Below are positions 39,999-50,096 of a stretch of DNA of 64,000 nt, one piece after another. The stretch lies in NCBI GenBank assembly GCA_963816145.1, contig CAWFJP010000002.1:128001-192000 (forward strand). Direction: 5' to 3'. Each line of letters begins with the position of its first letter. Position 1 is the stretch's first letter. Both the position numbers and the translations under genes were made by a program. Origin of the DNA: an uncultured delta proteobacterium. GTDB taxonomy: Bacteria > Desulfobacterota > Binatia > UBA9968. The notes below the pieces were generated by a model. That model made no database searches. It was given only the letters and a program-made list of their open reading frames with translations, and was not told where the DNA came from.

Positions 39999-40075
39999 AA
40001 TTACAGATTACAGATTCCATATTCCACATTCAAAGAATTCGGATAATTTGGAATCTTAAATTTGTAATTTGGAAT
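39999..40075. repeat. Inverted heptamer-repeat hairpin (ATTMCAN/TTTGKAA)
   Basis: attacagattacagattccatattccacatt ... aatttggaatcttaaatttgtaatttggaat. Confidence 0.8.
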
Positions 40076-40085
40076 GGGCGGCGCG

Positions 40086-41114
40086 CTAGCGCGCCGCCTT
40101 GCCATCGGTTGAAGCTTTAACGTCGGCCAACAATCGGTTGATGATGTCGAGGGAAGAGATGCCTTCGCCTTGGGCTTTGAAGTTGGGCACGATGCGGTGG
40201 CGCAATACCGACGGCGCGATGGCTTGAATATCTTCAATGGACACGGCGTAGCGACCCTGCAGGATGGTGCGCGCCTTGGCGCCGAGGATTAAGAACTGCG
40301 AAGCGCGCGGCCCGGCGCCCCACTCGACATAGTCCTTGACGAACTGGGCCGTGTCAGCGCTTTGCGGCCGGGAGCGTTGGGCGAGCGCCACCGCATAGGA
40401 CACGACAAAATGTGACACCGGCACTTTGCGCACCAGTTCCTGGTAGCGCAGGATCGCCGGACCATCCATGATTTTCTTCGGCGCCGGCTTGGCGTTGGAT
40501 GTGGTTTGCATGACGATCTGCACTTCGTCATCGAAATCGGGATAGCCGATTTCGATGTTCAGCATGAAGCGGTCGAGCTGGGCCTCGGGCAGGGGATAGG
40601 TGCCTTCCTGTTCGATGGGGTTCTGCGTCGCCAGGACGAAGAACGGCAGATCGAGCGGATAGGTGCGGCCGCTGGCGGTGATTTTGTACTCTTGCATCGA
40701 TTGCAGCAGCGCTGCCTGGGTTTTGGGCGGCGTGCGGTTGATCTCGTCGGCGAGCAGAATGTTGGTGAAAATCGGTCCCTGTAAGAATTGAAACTCCCGG
40801 CGTCCGCCGGCGGCGTCTTCTTGCAGGATATCGGTGCCGGTGATGTCCGACGGCATCAAGTCCGGGGTGAACTGAATGCGGTTGAAGTCCAAATCCAAGA
40901 TCTCGGCGAGGGTACTGATCAAGAGAGTCTTCGCCAGCCCCGGCACGCCGACCAGCAGGCAATGGCCGCGGGCGAACAGCGCGATCAGGACTTCTTCAAT
41001 GACCCGGTCTTGGCCGACGATGACCTTGCCGATCTCGCTGAGCATGGCGTCGCGTTTGTCGGCGAACTCTTCGATCTCGGCGATCTCATGTTGCTGTATC
41101 TCGGTGGCTTCCAT
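40086..41114 (-). CDS. moxR: MoxR-family AAA+ ATPase
   Basis: GVPGLAKT, RIQFTPDLMPSD, LADEINR, ATQNPIEQEGTYPLPEAQLDRF. Confidence 0.96.
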   Translation of the reverse strand: MEATEIQQHEIAEIEEFADKRDAMLSEIGKVIVGQDRVIEEVLIALFARGHCLLVGVPGLAKTLLISTLAEILDLDFNRIQFTPDLMPSDITGTDILQEDAAGGRREFQFLQGPIFTNILLADEINRTPPKTQAALLQSMQEYKITASGRTYPLDLPFFVLATQNPIEQEGTYPLPEAQLDRFMLNIEIGYPDFDDEVQIVMQTTSNAKPAPKKIMDGPAILRYQELVRKVPVSHFVVSYAVALAQRSRPQSADTAQFVKDYVEWGAGPRASQFLILGAKARTILQGRYAVSIEDIQAIAPSVLRHRIVPNFKAQGEGISSLDIINRLLADVKASTDGKAAR

Positions 41115-41140
41115 GATGTGCTCGGGTTCTTCCTTCTGCC

Positions 41141-42724
41141 CTAGTTGGCGCGGGCGAGGCTGTCCAGGGTGGTTTTCGCCTGGCGGGCCTTTTCGGCGTC
41201 GCCGAGAGCGCTGTAGACTTCGGTCAATAGGCGATAGATCAGCGGATGATACGGATTTAACTGGATCGCTTCTTCGAGAACGACCCGGGCGTCTTGGAAA
41301 TTTTTCGTTGCAAGATAGCCGCGCCCCAATTGTACGTAGGTAGTCGAGCTATCCGGCTCGATCTCCAGGGCTTTCTTCAACAGGGCGACGGCGTCATCGG
41401 CGCGGTTTTGCTCGATCAGCACGCGGCCGAGTTTGTTCAAGATCACTGGCGACTGCGGGCTTGCTTGCAGGGCGCGCTGGTACTCGTTCAATGCCGCCAC
41501 CGGGCGGCCCTTGGCGAGCATCTGGTCGGCTAAATGGGTGCGGTTGCGCGCGATCGCGGATTGAATTTCGCGCAGTTCGACCACTTCTTCATCCTCGCTT
41601 TGATCTTTTTTGACGCGCAAGCGGCGCACCCGCGTGCCTTCGATGGGCTTCAAACCTTTGGCTTTGAGAAATGCCTTCCACTTGGTCTCGAAGGCGTCGA
41701 AGCCCATGCCGTAGACTTTTTCCACCGCTTCCGGCGTCGGTTTGTCTTTGAGCGTGGCGAGCAGGTCGCGCACGCCGGCTTTGCCTTTGCTCTGATTGAT
41801 GAAATCGACGGCGGAAGCGGCTTCGGCGTAGGCGAGCTGGACTTGTTCGGGCGTGTCCAAGTGAATCAGCGACGGTTCCATTTTCTTAAAACCGACGAAT
41901 TGGTTTTTTTCCAGCGCTTGCACGAGCAATGTCTGATTGGCCGGAGTCAAGTAATCCTCATGGCCTTCTTTGGCCGGCGCCGGTTTGCGCCAGCGGGTTT
42001 CGTAAAAGCGCGCCATGCCCTCGTGCAGCCAAATCGGCGCTTGGTTGTTCGACAAGGAGACGATGGCGTAGTGCAGATACTCATGGCTCAGCGAATCGAC
42101 CCAGCGATAACCGAAACTCAGCGCCCGCGGTGAGATGATCATCAGTTTGTTGAACTTACAGATGCCGACGGCGCCGGTCTCTTCGATGTCGCGCAGCGAA
42201 AGCGTCGAGATGGCGTTGAAACTGGTCGCGTCTGGCGCCACTTCAACCCGGACCTTCTCCTTGGGAAAGTAGCCCAGTTCAGCGCCGATCGCTTCGTAGG
42301 TTTTTTCCAGGGCATCGAGGGCGTGGGGCACCAGGATGGCGTCGCGTTTCTCGTCGACGAACAGAATGAAGTGAGCGCTCTCGTAACGCTTGAACGATTT
42401 ATGAACGTCGAGGGTCAGCTGGGTGAGCAGCTTCATCGCCTGACGCCGCGGGTCTTTCGAATCGATGGCCAGAGCGCGGTCGAGCACGGTCAGCGCTTCT
42501 TGGTAGCGGCCTTGATAGAACTTGATGCGGCCGTCGAACTCCAAAGCGGCGGCGGATTTGGGATTATCCTTGAGCGCCTTGGCGGCGATGGTTTCGGCTT
42601 CCGGGAAGCGCCAAGCTTCAAGAATGTCTTCGCCGGCCTTGAACTCCCGCTCGGCTTCGGCAGCGGAGAGCGGGCCGGCCCATAGGCAGAGGAAAATGAG
42701 AAGAGGCGCAATTCGGTACTTCAA
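41141..42724 (-). CDS. Exported TPR protein with peptidase MA-like (gluzincin) domain
   Basis: Signal peptide, TPR repeats at both ends, HEYLH...PIWLHEG.A. Confidence 0.85.
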   Translation of the reverse strand: MKYRIAPLLIFLCLWAGPLSAAEAEREFKAGEDILEAWRFPEAETIAAKALKDNPKSAAALEFDGRIKFYQGRYQEALTVLDRALAIDSKDPRRQAMKLLTQLTLDVHKSFKRYESAHFILFVDEKRDAILVPHALDALEKTYEAIGAELGYFPKEKVRVEVAPDATSFNAISTLSLRDIEETGAVGICKFNKLMIISPRALSFGYRWVDSLSHEYLHYAIVSLSNNQAPIWLHEGMARFYETRWRKPAPAKEGHEDYLTPANQTLLVQALEKNQFVGFKKMEPSLIHLDTPEQVQLAYAEAASAVDFINQSKGKAGVRDLLATLKDKPTPEAVEKVYGMGFDAFETKWKAFLKAKGLKPIEGTRVRRLRVKKDQSEDEEVVELREIQSAIARNRTHLADQMLAKGRPVAALNEYQRALQASPQSPVILNKLGRVLIEQNRADDAVALLKKALEIEPDSSTTYVQLGRGYLATKNFQDARVVLEEAIQLNPYHPLIYRLLTEVYSALGDAEKARQAKTTLDSLARAN

Positions 42725-42731
42725 GCGGCGA

Positions 42732-45700
42732 TCACTCGGAAAGATTTTTAAAATAGCGCTCGATCTGCTCTTTCATCTGCCGAGGCACGCCCTGCTTGAG
42801 AGAATCGAGAATTTCTTCGCGGAAGTTGCGCGGTGCTTTGTATTCTTCTTTGCCGGGCAGGCGGAATTTTTCCGTGTCGAGCCCGGTGAAGCCCTGTTCA
42901 AAGTCGAACTCGGGAAATTGCGGCATGCCCGGCAGCGGCGTCAGGCTGCCGAAGGGCATGAAGCGCCCTGGGCCGCCCTGGCGGAACAAACGGGCCATCG
43001 GCATGTTGCCCATTTGCCCGCGCTGGGCCATCTGCTGCATGGACTGCTGCATCTGCTGCTGCGATTGGGCCAATCGTTCGAGCGCTGTGCGCTCCGGCGG
43101 CACCGCGCCGCGGGAGTCGAGCTGGCCCAAGCGGCCCTGAGCACTGCTCATCGCTTGGCCAGCTTCGCCGATTCCCTGCACGATCTTGGGATCGAGCTGG
43201 GGAAAGAGCTGAAACAGCGATTCCAACTTTTCATGCAGCGTCTCGGTCCGTTCTTTCAAGACATCTTGGCGCTGGGCTAGTTCGCGGAGCGCGCGTTTAT
43301 CGGCGTCGCTCAAGGCTTGCGCCGGTTCGTTGAGCAACGTCTCTAACTCCTTTTTAATGTCGCTGATACTTTTGTCAGCCCGCTGGGCTCTCGGCTCCTG
43401 CACCGGCGTGCGCTTCTTCGCCAGCTCCTTGCGGATGTAACCGTCGCCTTCGTTGAAACCGGGAAAATCCTTCTGACTGAGCTTGGCGATCAAGTTGCGC
43501 AAGAGCGCGTTCATGGTGGCGTCGTCCAAATTGGTGAGCAGGTTGGGATCGTCGGGTCCCTCGCGGTCCGGGAACAACTCAGTGAGTTTGCCGAGCTCGG
43601 CGATGGAGCGGGCCAGGAACTGCTCCAACTTCGACTTCAATGCGGCGTCGCGTTCGGTGAGGCCGGCGCTATTAAGGTTTTCGGTGTTGACCAAGATTTC
43701 CTGCTGCTCGCGGGCGATCTCCTGTAGCTCGCTGGTCTGGCGCTGCATTTCGCCCTGCATGCGCCCCATGCTGGAGGCCATTTGCGAGCGCTGCATGTTT
43801 TGCATCGCCGCGACCATCTGCGCCATCTGGTTGAACAGCTCGCGCGCCAGCTGGCGTGCGCCTTCGATATCGCCGGCCTGGAGCTTTTTACGGATCTCGT
43901 CGAGGGCCTTGAACATCTGGTCCATGCCGAGCCCCTGCATCTGCTCGGCGTTCATAAAATCGTCGGGCATCTGCTGGGCCAACTGCGCCATCGCCTGCTG
44001 CAGGTCCATCAGCGATTTGGCCATATCGGCGATCTGCTTCATGATCGCATCGAGATTCTTGTCGCCGCTTTGCAGCTTGTCGAGAGAATCCATCAGCCGC
44101 TCTTGGTTGCGCGCCAAATCCTGCGCCGTCGAAGCGAGTTCCTGGGCCTTCATGCGCTTGCCGATGTCCTCGGATAGCAGCGACATGCGCTCTAGCTCGG
44201 CCGATATCTCGTCGCGTGTTTTAAGCTTATCGTCCGTCGTAGCGGCTTGCTCTTGTTTGCGCAAGAGTTCCTCTTGGGTGAACTCGAGATTGCGCTTGAG
44301 CGCCTGAAGGTCGGAGTAGGTCGCGAAATCGGTCATGCGGTCCTTTTCCGTGCGCCGCATGATCTCTTCGGTGCGCTTAGCGGCGTCGGCGAGGTTCTGC
44401 TCGAAACGCTGTTGGGTTTCTTGAGACAGCGGCGTCGGCTTTTCGCCGGGATTGGGCGTCTCCAAATGATCGGCCAACAGATTCATCATGCGCGCGTTCA
44501 AGTCCTTGACCATCTCGGCGATCTGCTGGTGTTCGCCTTTCAAGTTCTTCAACTTCAAGCGCACCGATTTTGAAGTCCCCAGTTTGGGACCGGAGATGGT
44601 ATCGTTGTCGAACACTTGCAGGAAAAATACCGCGTCGTCTTGGTCGCGCAGGCCGAGCCGGCCCAAATCCCATTTATATTGATCGCGCAGGATCAGCCGC
44701 TTGGCGTCGTCCCTGGCGAGACGAATCTTATCTTCGCGGTCGCCGATCTTGACGATGAGATTGACCTCGGCGATGCCGAAATCGTCGCGCGCGCTATATT
44801 CCAAATTCAAAACCTCGTCGCCGTTGATTTCCAGGTCCTCCGTCGGCCGGAGCAGATCGACGGTGGGGAAGCCATCGGGTTTGACCCGCAGCTCGTAGCT
44901 GATCGGCGAGTTCTTAAAGCCGTGGCTGTCTTCGACCAGTATTCGATACGACTGCGACTGAAACAGCACAAGATTCGCTTGCAACTTACGGCCGTCGATC
45001 TTGAGCGGAATCTTCTTGCCGTCGTCCATGACGATCTCGGCTTTGACGACATCTTTGGTCGTCACCGCATCGAGGCGCACTGACGAGCCCTTGAGTCCTT
45101 CGATGCTGCCCTCCGGCGACGAGATCGAACCTAGGCCGGTGTAGGCCGGGGGATAGAGCATGAGCTGAACGTTGGCGATCTCCGGGGTGTCCACCGCTTC
45201 GGCGGTGAAGGTAGCCGAAGTGAAAGCGCCGGTCACCACCCGGTAGCGCAGGGTCTTGTCGAGGCGGGCGATTTTGCTTGAAAACTTGCCGCCGCCAAGA
45301 TTTTCCATGGCGACCTTTTCCTGGCCGATCAGCTCGCCCTTGGCATTGGTGCCTTGCCAGGTGATCAGTTCGAGAGACTGCGGTAGCGCGCCTGCGGTGG
45401 CGGCTTGGATCGTCACCGGGCTGCCGCGAACCACGCGAAACCCCTTGGGTTCGACATCTATTGTCGTTTGGCTCGGCGGCAGATGCTCCAGCGGATTCGC
45501 CAACATATTCAATGTCCCGCCGACCCACGATGGATTGAGAATGATGCTAGCCAACACCGGGACAATCAAAAACCCCAGCAGCCTGGCGCTAGAGCGAATC
45601 CGGCTGTGGTCGAGTAATTCGTCGATCTTGAGCGCTGCGACCTGCTTGCGGGTCGCGCGCAAGAGCGCGAACACCATGGTTGCCGAAAAGCCGGGAGTGT

Positions 45701-46052
45701 TCTTGGCCTCGGCAACCTGCGGGTAAAGTTGCAGCGAGTTGATTAAGTTGTTGCGCAGCTTGGGCTGCTTCTGTTCGATATAGAGCGCCGCGCGCTCCTG
45801 CGATAAGCGGCCGAGAAAGCGCCACAAAGTCCAGCTGATGGCGGCGAGAAGCACTATGCCAGTCAATATGGAGTAGACGATGGGCGCGTAGGGGAGGAGC
45901 TGGCGCAGTTGATAGATACCGAGACCGGCGCCGAACAACAGCACGGCACAGATCGCCGTGAGGCAGATACCCTCAATTCCTTGGAGCAGCTTGAAGCGTC
46001 GGCTGAAGCGCTTCAGGAACGAAGAAAGCTCTTGATATTCTTCCTGTCCCAT
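42732..46052 (-). CDS. DUF4175-like large membrane-anchored coiled-coil protein
   Basis: Three N-terminal TMs, Ig-like region (YPPAYTG, ARDDFG, DND..SGP), long Q/M-rich coiled coil, C-terminal P..Y....FREEIL...YF..L. Confidence 0.82.
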   Translation of the reverse strand: MGQEEYQELSSFLKRFSRRFKLLQGIEGICLTAICAVLLFGAGLGIYQLRQLLPYAPIVYSILTGIVLLAAISWTLWRFLGRLSQERAALYIEQKQPKLRNNLINSLQLYPQVAEAKNTPGFSATMVFALLRATRKQVAALKIDELLDHSRIRSSARLLGFLIVPVLASIILNPSWVGGTLNMLANPLEHLPPSQTTIDVEPKGFRVVRGSPVTIQAATAGALPQSLELITWQGTNAKGELIGQEKVAMENLGGGKFSSKIARLDKTLRYRVVTGAFTSATFTAEAVDTPEIANVQLMLYPPAYTGLGSISSPEGSIEGLKGSSVRLDAVTTKDVVKAEIVMDDGKKIPLKIDGRKLQANLVLFQSQSYRILVEDSHGFKNSPISYELRVKPDGFPTVDLLRPTEDLEINGDEVLNLEYSARDDFGIAEVNLIVKIGDREDKIRLARDDAKRLILRDQYKWDLGRLGLRDQDDAVFFLQVFDNDTISGPKLGTSKSVRLKLKNLKGEHQQIAEMVKDLNARMMNLLADHLETPNPGEKPTPLSQETQQRFEQNLADAAKRTEEIMRRTEKDRMTDFATYSDLQALKRNLEFTQEELLRKQEQAATTDDKLKTRDEISAELERMSLLSEDIGKRMKAQELASTAQDLARNQERLMDSLDKLQSGDKNLDAIMKQIADMAKSLMDLQQAMAQLAQQMPDDFMNAEQMQGLGMDQMFKALDEIRKKLQAGDIEGARQLARELFNQMAQMVAAMQNMQRSQMASSMGRMQGEMQRQTSELQEIAREQQEILVNTENLNSAGLTERDAALKSKLEQFLARSIAELGKLTELFPDREGPDDPNLLTNLDDATMNALLRNLIAKLSQKDFPGFNEGDGYIRKELAKKRTPVQEPRAQRADKSISDIKKELETLLNEPAQALSDADKRALRELAQRQDVLKERTETLHEKLESLFQLFPQLDPKIVQGIGEAGQAMSSAQGRLGQLDSRGAVPPERTALERLAQSQQQMQQSMQQMAQRGQMGNMPMARLFRQGGPGRFMPFGSLTPLPGMPQFPEFDFEQGFTGLDTEKFRLPGKEEYKAPRNFREEILDSLKQGVPRQMKEQIERYFKNLSE

Positions 46053-46243
46053 GACGGTTGGACCGAGGGCATCTTATCCCCGTTTCGGGGAGGAAGTCCA
46101 TCCCGCGCGGCGGCATTTTTTGCTTGTTAAGCGGTGCGACGGAGGCGTGAAGGCCTGTCGTCAGCGGAAATACTCTAGCGCGGTGCCGGCGCAAGCGAAA
46201 TTCGGAAGTTCTTGCGCAAAGCAGGCAAAAAAACAGGGAATCA

Positions 46244-46280
46244 GTCATTACGACCGAAGGGAGAAATTTTTCTGAGATCC
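46244..46280 (+). repeat. Dispersed 37-bp repeat, copy 1
   Basis: gtcattacgaccgaagggagaaatttttctgagatcc matches 58902-58938 at 35 of 37 positions. Confidence 0.8.
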
Positions 46281-46737
46281 CTCGGGTTGCCACACGAAGA
46301 CCGGCCAAGGCCCGTCACTTTGCGACCTTGGCGTTCTTGGCGCGTGATGTCTCCCAGTCCGGGACGTTTTAGACGCAGAAGAGAAGAGTTAGGGTCGGGT
46401 AATGCGAATTTCAAACCATCGTATAGGTGCCGCCAAATAGGCGTAGGGAGTCGCGACCGATCTGCGCTGGCCCAGTGCTTCGACGGTGCAAGTGAATAGC
46501 GCCAATAGCGAAATCCAAACCAACGGGTAAGTTGGTTTTATCGACGATCCGCCAATTTTATGTGCAGCTCAAGATGGTCACGACTTTTACCCAACTACGG
46601 CCAAGAAGCCGGTGCTTGGGCGATGCTAGCGTGAGCGGGTCGGGGCATTCAGTGAGTGGCAACGGCTATCCGCATATGTTATGGGAATCGGATACTTAAA
46701 TGACTCTGAGAAGATGCAGAAAGGACTAGTAGCGCGC

Positions 46738-48321
46738 ATGGATAATGTAGTGAACGAAGAAGAGCTGAGATTGCATGAAGGACATGATGAGGACTTTGAC
46801 GATGACGAAGCGATGATGGATGAAAACCATCCGATGTGGCGGTCGGAGCGGATCACGCTGAACTCCGTCGGCATCGATATCGGCTCGTCGACTTCACATT
46901 TGATCTTTTCCCGATTGACGCTGCGGCGCCAGGGCGTGGCGTTGTCCTCGCGATTCGTCGTGGTCAACCGCGAGATTATCCATGAGTCGCCGATCTTGCT
47001 TACCCCTTATGTCGACAAGACGACCATCGACACCAACAAGCTGGGCGATTTCATCCATGAAGCCTATCGGGTCTCCGGGTTGACGCCTGAGGACATCGAC
47101 ACCGGTGCGGTCATTGTTACCGGCGAAGCGGTGAAAAAGAAAAATGCCGAAGCGATCGCCGCGCTGTTTTCCGCCGAGGCGGGGAAATTTATTTGCGCCA
47201 CGGCTGGGCATAACTTGGAGTCGATCTTGGCGGCTTACGGATCGGGCGCAGTGCATATGACCTATCATGAGGGCGGGGATTTCACGGTCATGAATGTCGA
47301 CATCGGCGGCGGCACTAGCAAGGTCGCCATCGTTAAAGAGGGCCGGGTGATCGACACCTGCGCCGTCGAAGTAGGCGCCCGGCTGGTGGCCATGGATGAA
47401 AACGGCGTCATTACCCGTCTCGAAGACACGGCGCTCAAGTTCGCCAAGATGGCCGGCATCGACGGCCTCAAGCTGGGCGGTACCATGAGCGAGGAGCAAA
47501 AGGACAAGTTCTCAGAGAAACTGAGCGATTCGCTGTTCGAAGTCTTGGAGCGCGGCAAGTTGTCGCCGGAGGTGGAGAACCTCCTGCTCACGCCCAACAT
47601 CGAATACAGCGATCCGATCCACGCGGTGATGTTCTCAGGCGGTGTCTCCGAGTTCGTTTACGGCTACGAAAAACGCAATTTGGGCGATCTCGGCGCCTAT
47701 CTCGGCAAGAAGGTGCGGTTGAAGGCCAACCAATTGGGTGGCGGCAAGATCCCCCTGCGGCCGGCCGAAGTGCGGATTCGCGCCACGGTCATCGGCGCGT
47801 CGCAGTACACTGTGCAGGTGAGCGGCAACACTATCTATTTGTCACATCCGGAACTACTACCGTTGCGCAACCTACAAGTCGTCACGCCGCAGTTCGAGCA
47901 GAAAGAATCGATCAGCGTGACCGAAGTCAAAGAGGCGGTGGAACGGGCGCTGCAGCGCTTTGACGCCGACGATATTGACCGTTCGGTGGCGTTGGCGATC
48001 CGCTGGGAGTTGGGACCTTCTTATCCTTTGATTCGCACTCTAGCCGAGGGCTTGGTCCAGGCGATGAAGGGCCACATCGACAACGGCCAGCCGTTGGTTT
48101 TGGTCTTCGACGCTGATATCGCCAAGCTGATGGGTAATATCATCGAGCGCGAACTGATTCCGGGCGCGGGGATTATCTCCATCGACGGTATCGATCTGAA
48201 GGATTTCGATTTCGTCGATATCGGTCAAGAGTTGCCCGATGCCAAAGCAGTGCCGGTGGTGATCAAGTCACTGATCTTCCGCAACACCGAGCATGGCCGC
48301 GGCCATCATTCGCAGCATTAA
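46738..48321 (+). CDS. eutA: EutA-family (ethanolamine ammonia-lyase reactivase-like) ASKHA protein
   Basis: SVGIDIGSSTS, GAVIVTGE, ATAG.NLE..LA..GSG, NVDIGGGT, FSGGV, IRATVIGA, PVVIKSL; start uncertain (46681-46738). Confidence 0.88.
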   Translation: MDNVVNEEELRLHEGHDEDFDDDEAMMDENHPMWRSERITLNSVGIDIGSSTSHLIFSRLTLRRQGVALSSRFVVVNREIIHESPILLTPYVDKTTIDTNKLGDFIHEAYRVSGLTPEDIDTGAVIVTGEAVKKKNAEAIAALFSAEAGKFICATAGHNLESILAAYGSGAVHMTYHEGGDFTVMNVDIGGGTSKVAIVKEGRVIDTCAVEVGARLVAMDENGVITRLEDTALKFAKMAGIDGLKLGGTMSEEQKDKFSEKLSDSLFEVLERGKLSPEVENLLLTPNIEYSDPIHAVMFSGGVSEFVYGYEKRNLGDLGAYLGKKVRLKANQLGGGKIPLRPAEVRIRATVIGASQYTVQVSGNTIYLSHPELLPLRNLQVVTPQFEQKESISVTEVKEAVERALQRFDADDIDRSVALAIRWELGPSYPLIRTLAEGLVQAMKGHIDNGQPLVLVFDADIAKLMGNIIERELIPGAGIISIDGIDLKDFDFVDIGQELPDAKAVPVVIKSLIFRNTEHGRGHHSQH

Positions 48322-48328
48322 CCACTCA

Positions 48329-48412
48329 ATCGAGGATAGTGATGATGGAGTATAGAAGATCGCCCGGATTGGTTGGGACTATCAATCCTCCATCGTCGAT
48401 CCGTCATCCTCG
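48329..48412. repeat. Inverted degenerate heptamer hairpin (GAGGATA/ATCCTC)
   Basis: atcgaggatagtgatgatggagtatagaagatcg ... ctatcaatcctccatcgtcgatccgtcatcctcg. Confidence 0.65.
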
Positions 48413-48420
48413 GCCTGTTC

Positions 48421-48464
48421 TGACATTTTGTCACATTGACTTCCGGCGGGATTTCTAATATTTT
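48421..48464 (+). promoter_or_regulatory. Promoter with adjacent palindrome
   Basis: TGACA-ttt-TGTCA (48421-48433), then TTGACT (48436-48441), 17 nt, TATTTT (48459-48464). Confidence 0.45.
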
Positions 48465-48500
48465 TTTTGAAAATCCTTAAAATACGAGTGTTTAACTTTT

Positions 48501-48686
48501 ATGGAAGAACCAAGCGGACTGCACAACTTTCTCGAGATCGTGACCAAACCCGACAACATTCCGATCGTCGCGATGTTGATCCTGGTGGTCTTTTTTACTT
48601 GGCTTGGACTGAAGGAAGCCTTTAAGAACGACAAGCTGATTGACGAAGGTAGAGAAGACGAGATTCCCAACGAAATGTGGAAATAA
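48501..48686 (+). CDS. Small single-TM protein (KPDNIPIV motif)
   Basis: 61 aa, KPDNIPIVAML...FFTWLG...A..ND; the stop directly abuts the next ATG. Confidence 0.75.
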   Translation: MEEPSGLHNFLEIVTKPDNIPIVAMLILVVFFTWLGLKEAFKNDKLIDEGREDEIPNEMWK

Positions 48687-49532
48687 ATGGCGCATAAGTG
48701 GCTGGCGGTGCTAACCGCTGCCCTCGCAATCGCTTCAGCGATTCCTTTCTCCCTCGCCGCCGAATTCACCGCCCCTTTCGCAAACGACAAACGCTGGGAA
48801 CAGGCGCGTAAGGATCTTGCCCAGGGTAAGGCCGCCGAAGCTAAAGCCGCATTCGAGGAGCTGCTCAGGCAATATCCCAATGACGCCGACTTGCACCTAT
48901 TCCTGGGCATGTCGCTGTTACGGCTGCGCGATCCCCAGGCGGCGATCTTGTCGATCAAGCGGGCGATCGGCATTAACGGCGATCATGTCGATGCCCGAAC
49001 CCTGTTGGGCTATGTCGAGTTGGAAATCCGCGGCGATGCCGCGGCGGCAATCAAAGAATACCGCAAGGTCATTGAGCTGCGGCCCAACTCGCCCGAGGCC
49101 CATATCAATCTGGCGGTGGCGCAAAAAAAACAAGGCGAGCTCGACGCCGCGGTCGTCAGTTTGAATAAGGCGCTCGAACTCAAACCCGACAGTGTTGGCG
49201 CGCTGACGACACGGGGTAGTATTTTCGCCGAACTCGGCAAATGGAGCGAAGCCCGGCGTGATTTCGAGCAAGCGCTCAAGATCGATCCAAACGACGACGG
49301 CGCGCTCTACGGCCTGTCGCAGGCGTTGCGCGAGGCCAAGGAGTATGCCGGCGCCCAGAGGGCGTTGAGCGATTTGATTTCCCGGTCGGGAAATTTCGTT
49401 TATTGGCTCGAGTGGGGCCGCATTGTGATGATCCGTTATTGGTGGGTGCTTTTGCTGGTGGCAATCGGTTGGGCGGCCAAGGGCAGGTTAAGGGGCAAGT
49501 TCATGAAAGCGAGGACGGAAGCGAATGGCTGA
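48687..49532 (+). CDS. TPR protein with signal peptide and C-terminal TM anchor
   Basis: Several TPR repeats (A...Y..A.EL.P pattern) and a WWVLLLVAIGW anchor. Confidence 0.88.
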   Translation: MAHKWLAVLTAALAIASAIPFSLAAEFTAPFANDKRWEQARKDLAQGKAAEAKAAFEELLRQYPNDADLHLFLGMSLLRLRDPQAAILSIKRAIGINGDHVDARTLLGYVELEIRGDAAAAIKEYRKVIELRPNSPEAHINLAVAQKKQGELDAAVVSLNKALELKPDSVGALTTRGSIFAELGKWSEARRDFEQALKIDPNDDGALYGLSQALREAKEYAGAQRALSDLISRSGNFVYWLEWGRIVMIRYWWVLLLVAIGWAAKGRLRGKFMKARTEANG

Positions 49533-50070
49533 GGCAAAAAAACGCAAAGGTACGGCCCTATTGGCGGTGATGGACGAGAACTGTTCGAGCTGTGCGGGAT
49601 CGCCGATCTGTGAAGCCCACTGTCCGGTGGACGAATGCATCAATCTACTCTATGAGGAGCTGCCTGGCGGCGGTTTGAAGCCCTATCGGGTTTTTGTCGA
49701 CAACGACAAATGCATCGGTTGCCAGATGTGTTTCAGCGACGATCTCACCAAAGTCCAGCAGCATAAAGAAACCGGCGAGATATTCTATGAATACGCCAAC
49801 AAGTTCTACGACGCCAACCGCAAGCCCGTCGATGCCGATGCCGTGCCTAAACGTATTCAACTGCAGCTGATCGGCACGGAGTCGGAAGACCGTCTGGACA
49901 AGAAAATCTGCCCTTGGGACGCCATCAAGATGTATGAGTTCGATGAGGGTTTGGTGCAGTCGGAGTATTTTTACGATCAGAGCAAACTCAAGCAGGTCAA
50001 CGGTATGTACGTCATCGACGCCGAGGAAAAGGCCCGCTTGGAAGACAAACAGAGCGACCTCTACGATTAA
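49525..50070 (+). CDS. 4Fe-4S dicluster ferredoxin with large insertion
   Basis: CSSCAGSPICEAHCP and CIGCQMC...ICPWDAI. Confidence 0.85.
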   Translation: MAEAKKRKGTALLAVMDENCSSCAGSPICEAHCPVDECINLLYEELPGGGLKPYRVFVDNDKCIGCQMCFSDDLTKVQQHKETGEIFYEYANKFYDANRKPVDADAVPKRIQLQLIGTESEDRLDKKICPWDAIKMYEFDEGLVQSEYFYDQSKLKQVNGMYVIDAEEKARLEDKQSDLYD

Positions 50071-50096
50071 GCCGGCAACCTAGGGAGCCAACACAT

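Noticed and set aside
46077-46120. GAGGAAGTCC resembling the RNase P RNA 5' motif
   Set aside because: Only a partial match; I could not find the matching 3' conserved motif or P4 pairing.
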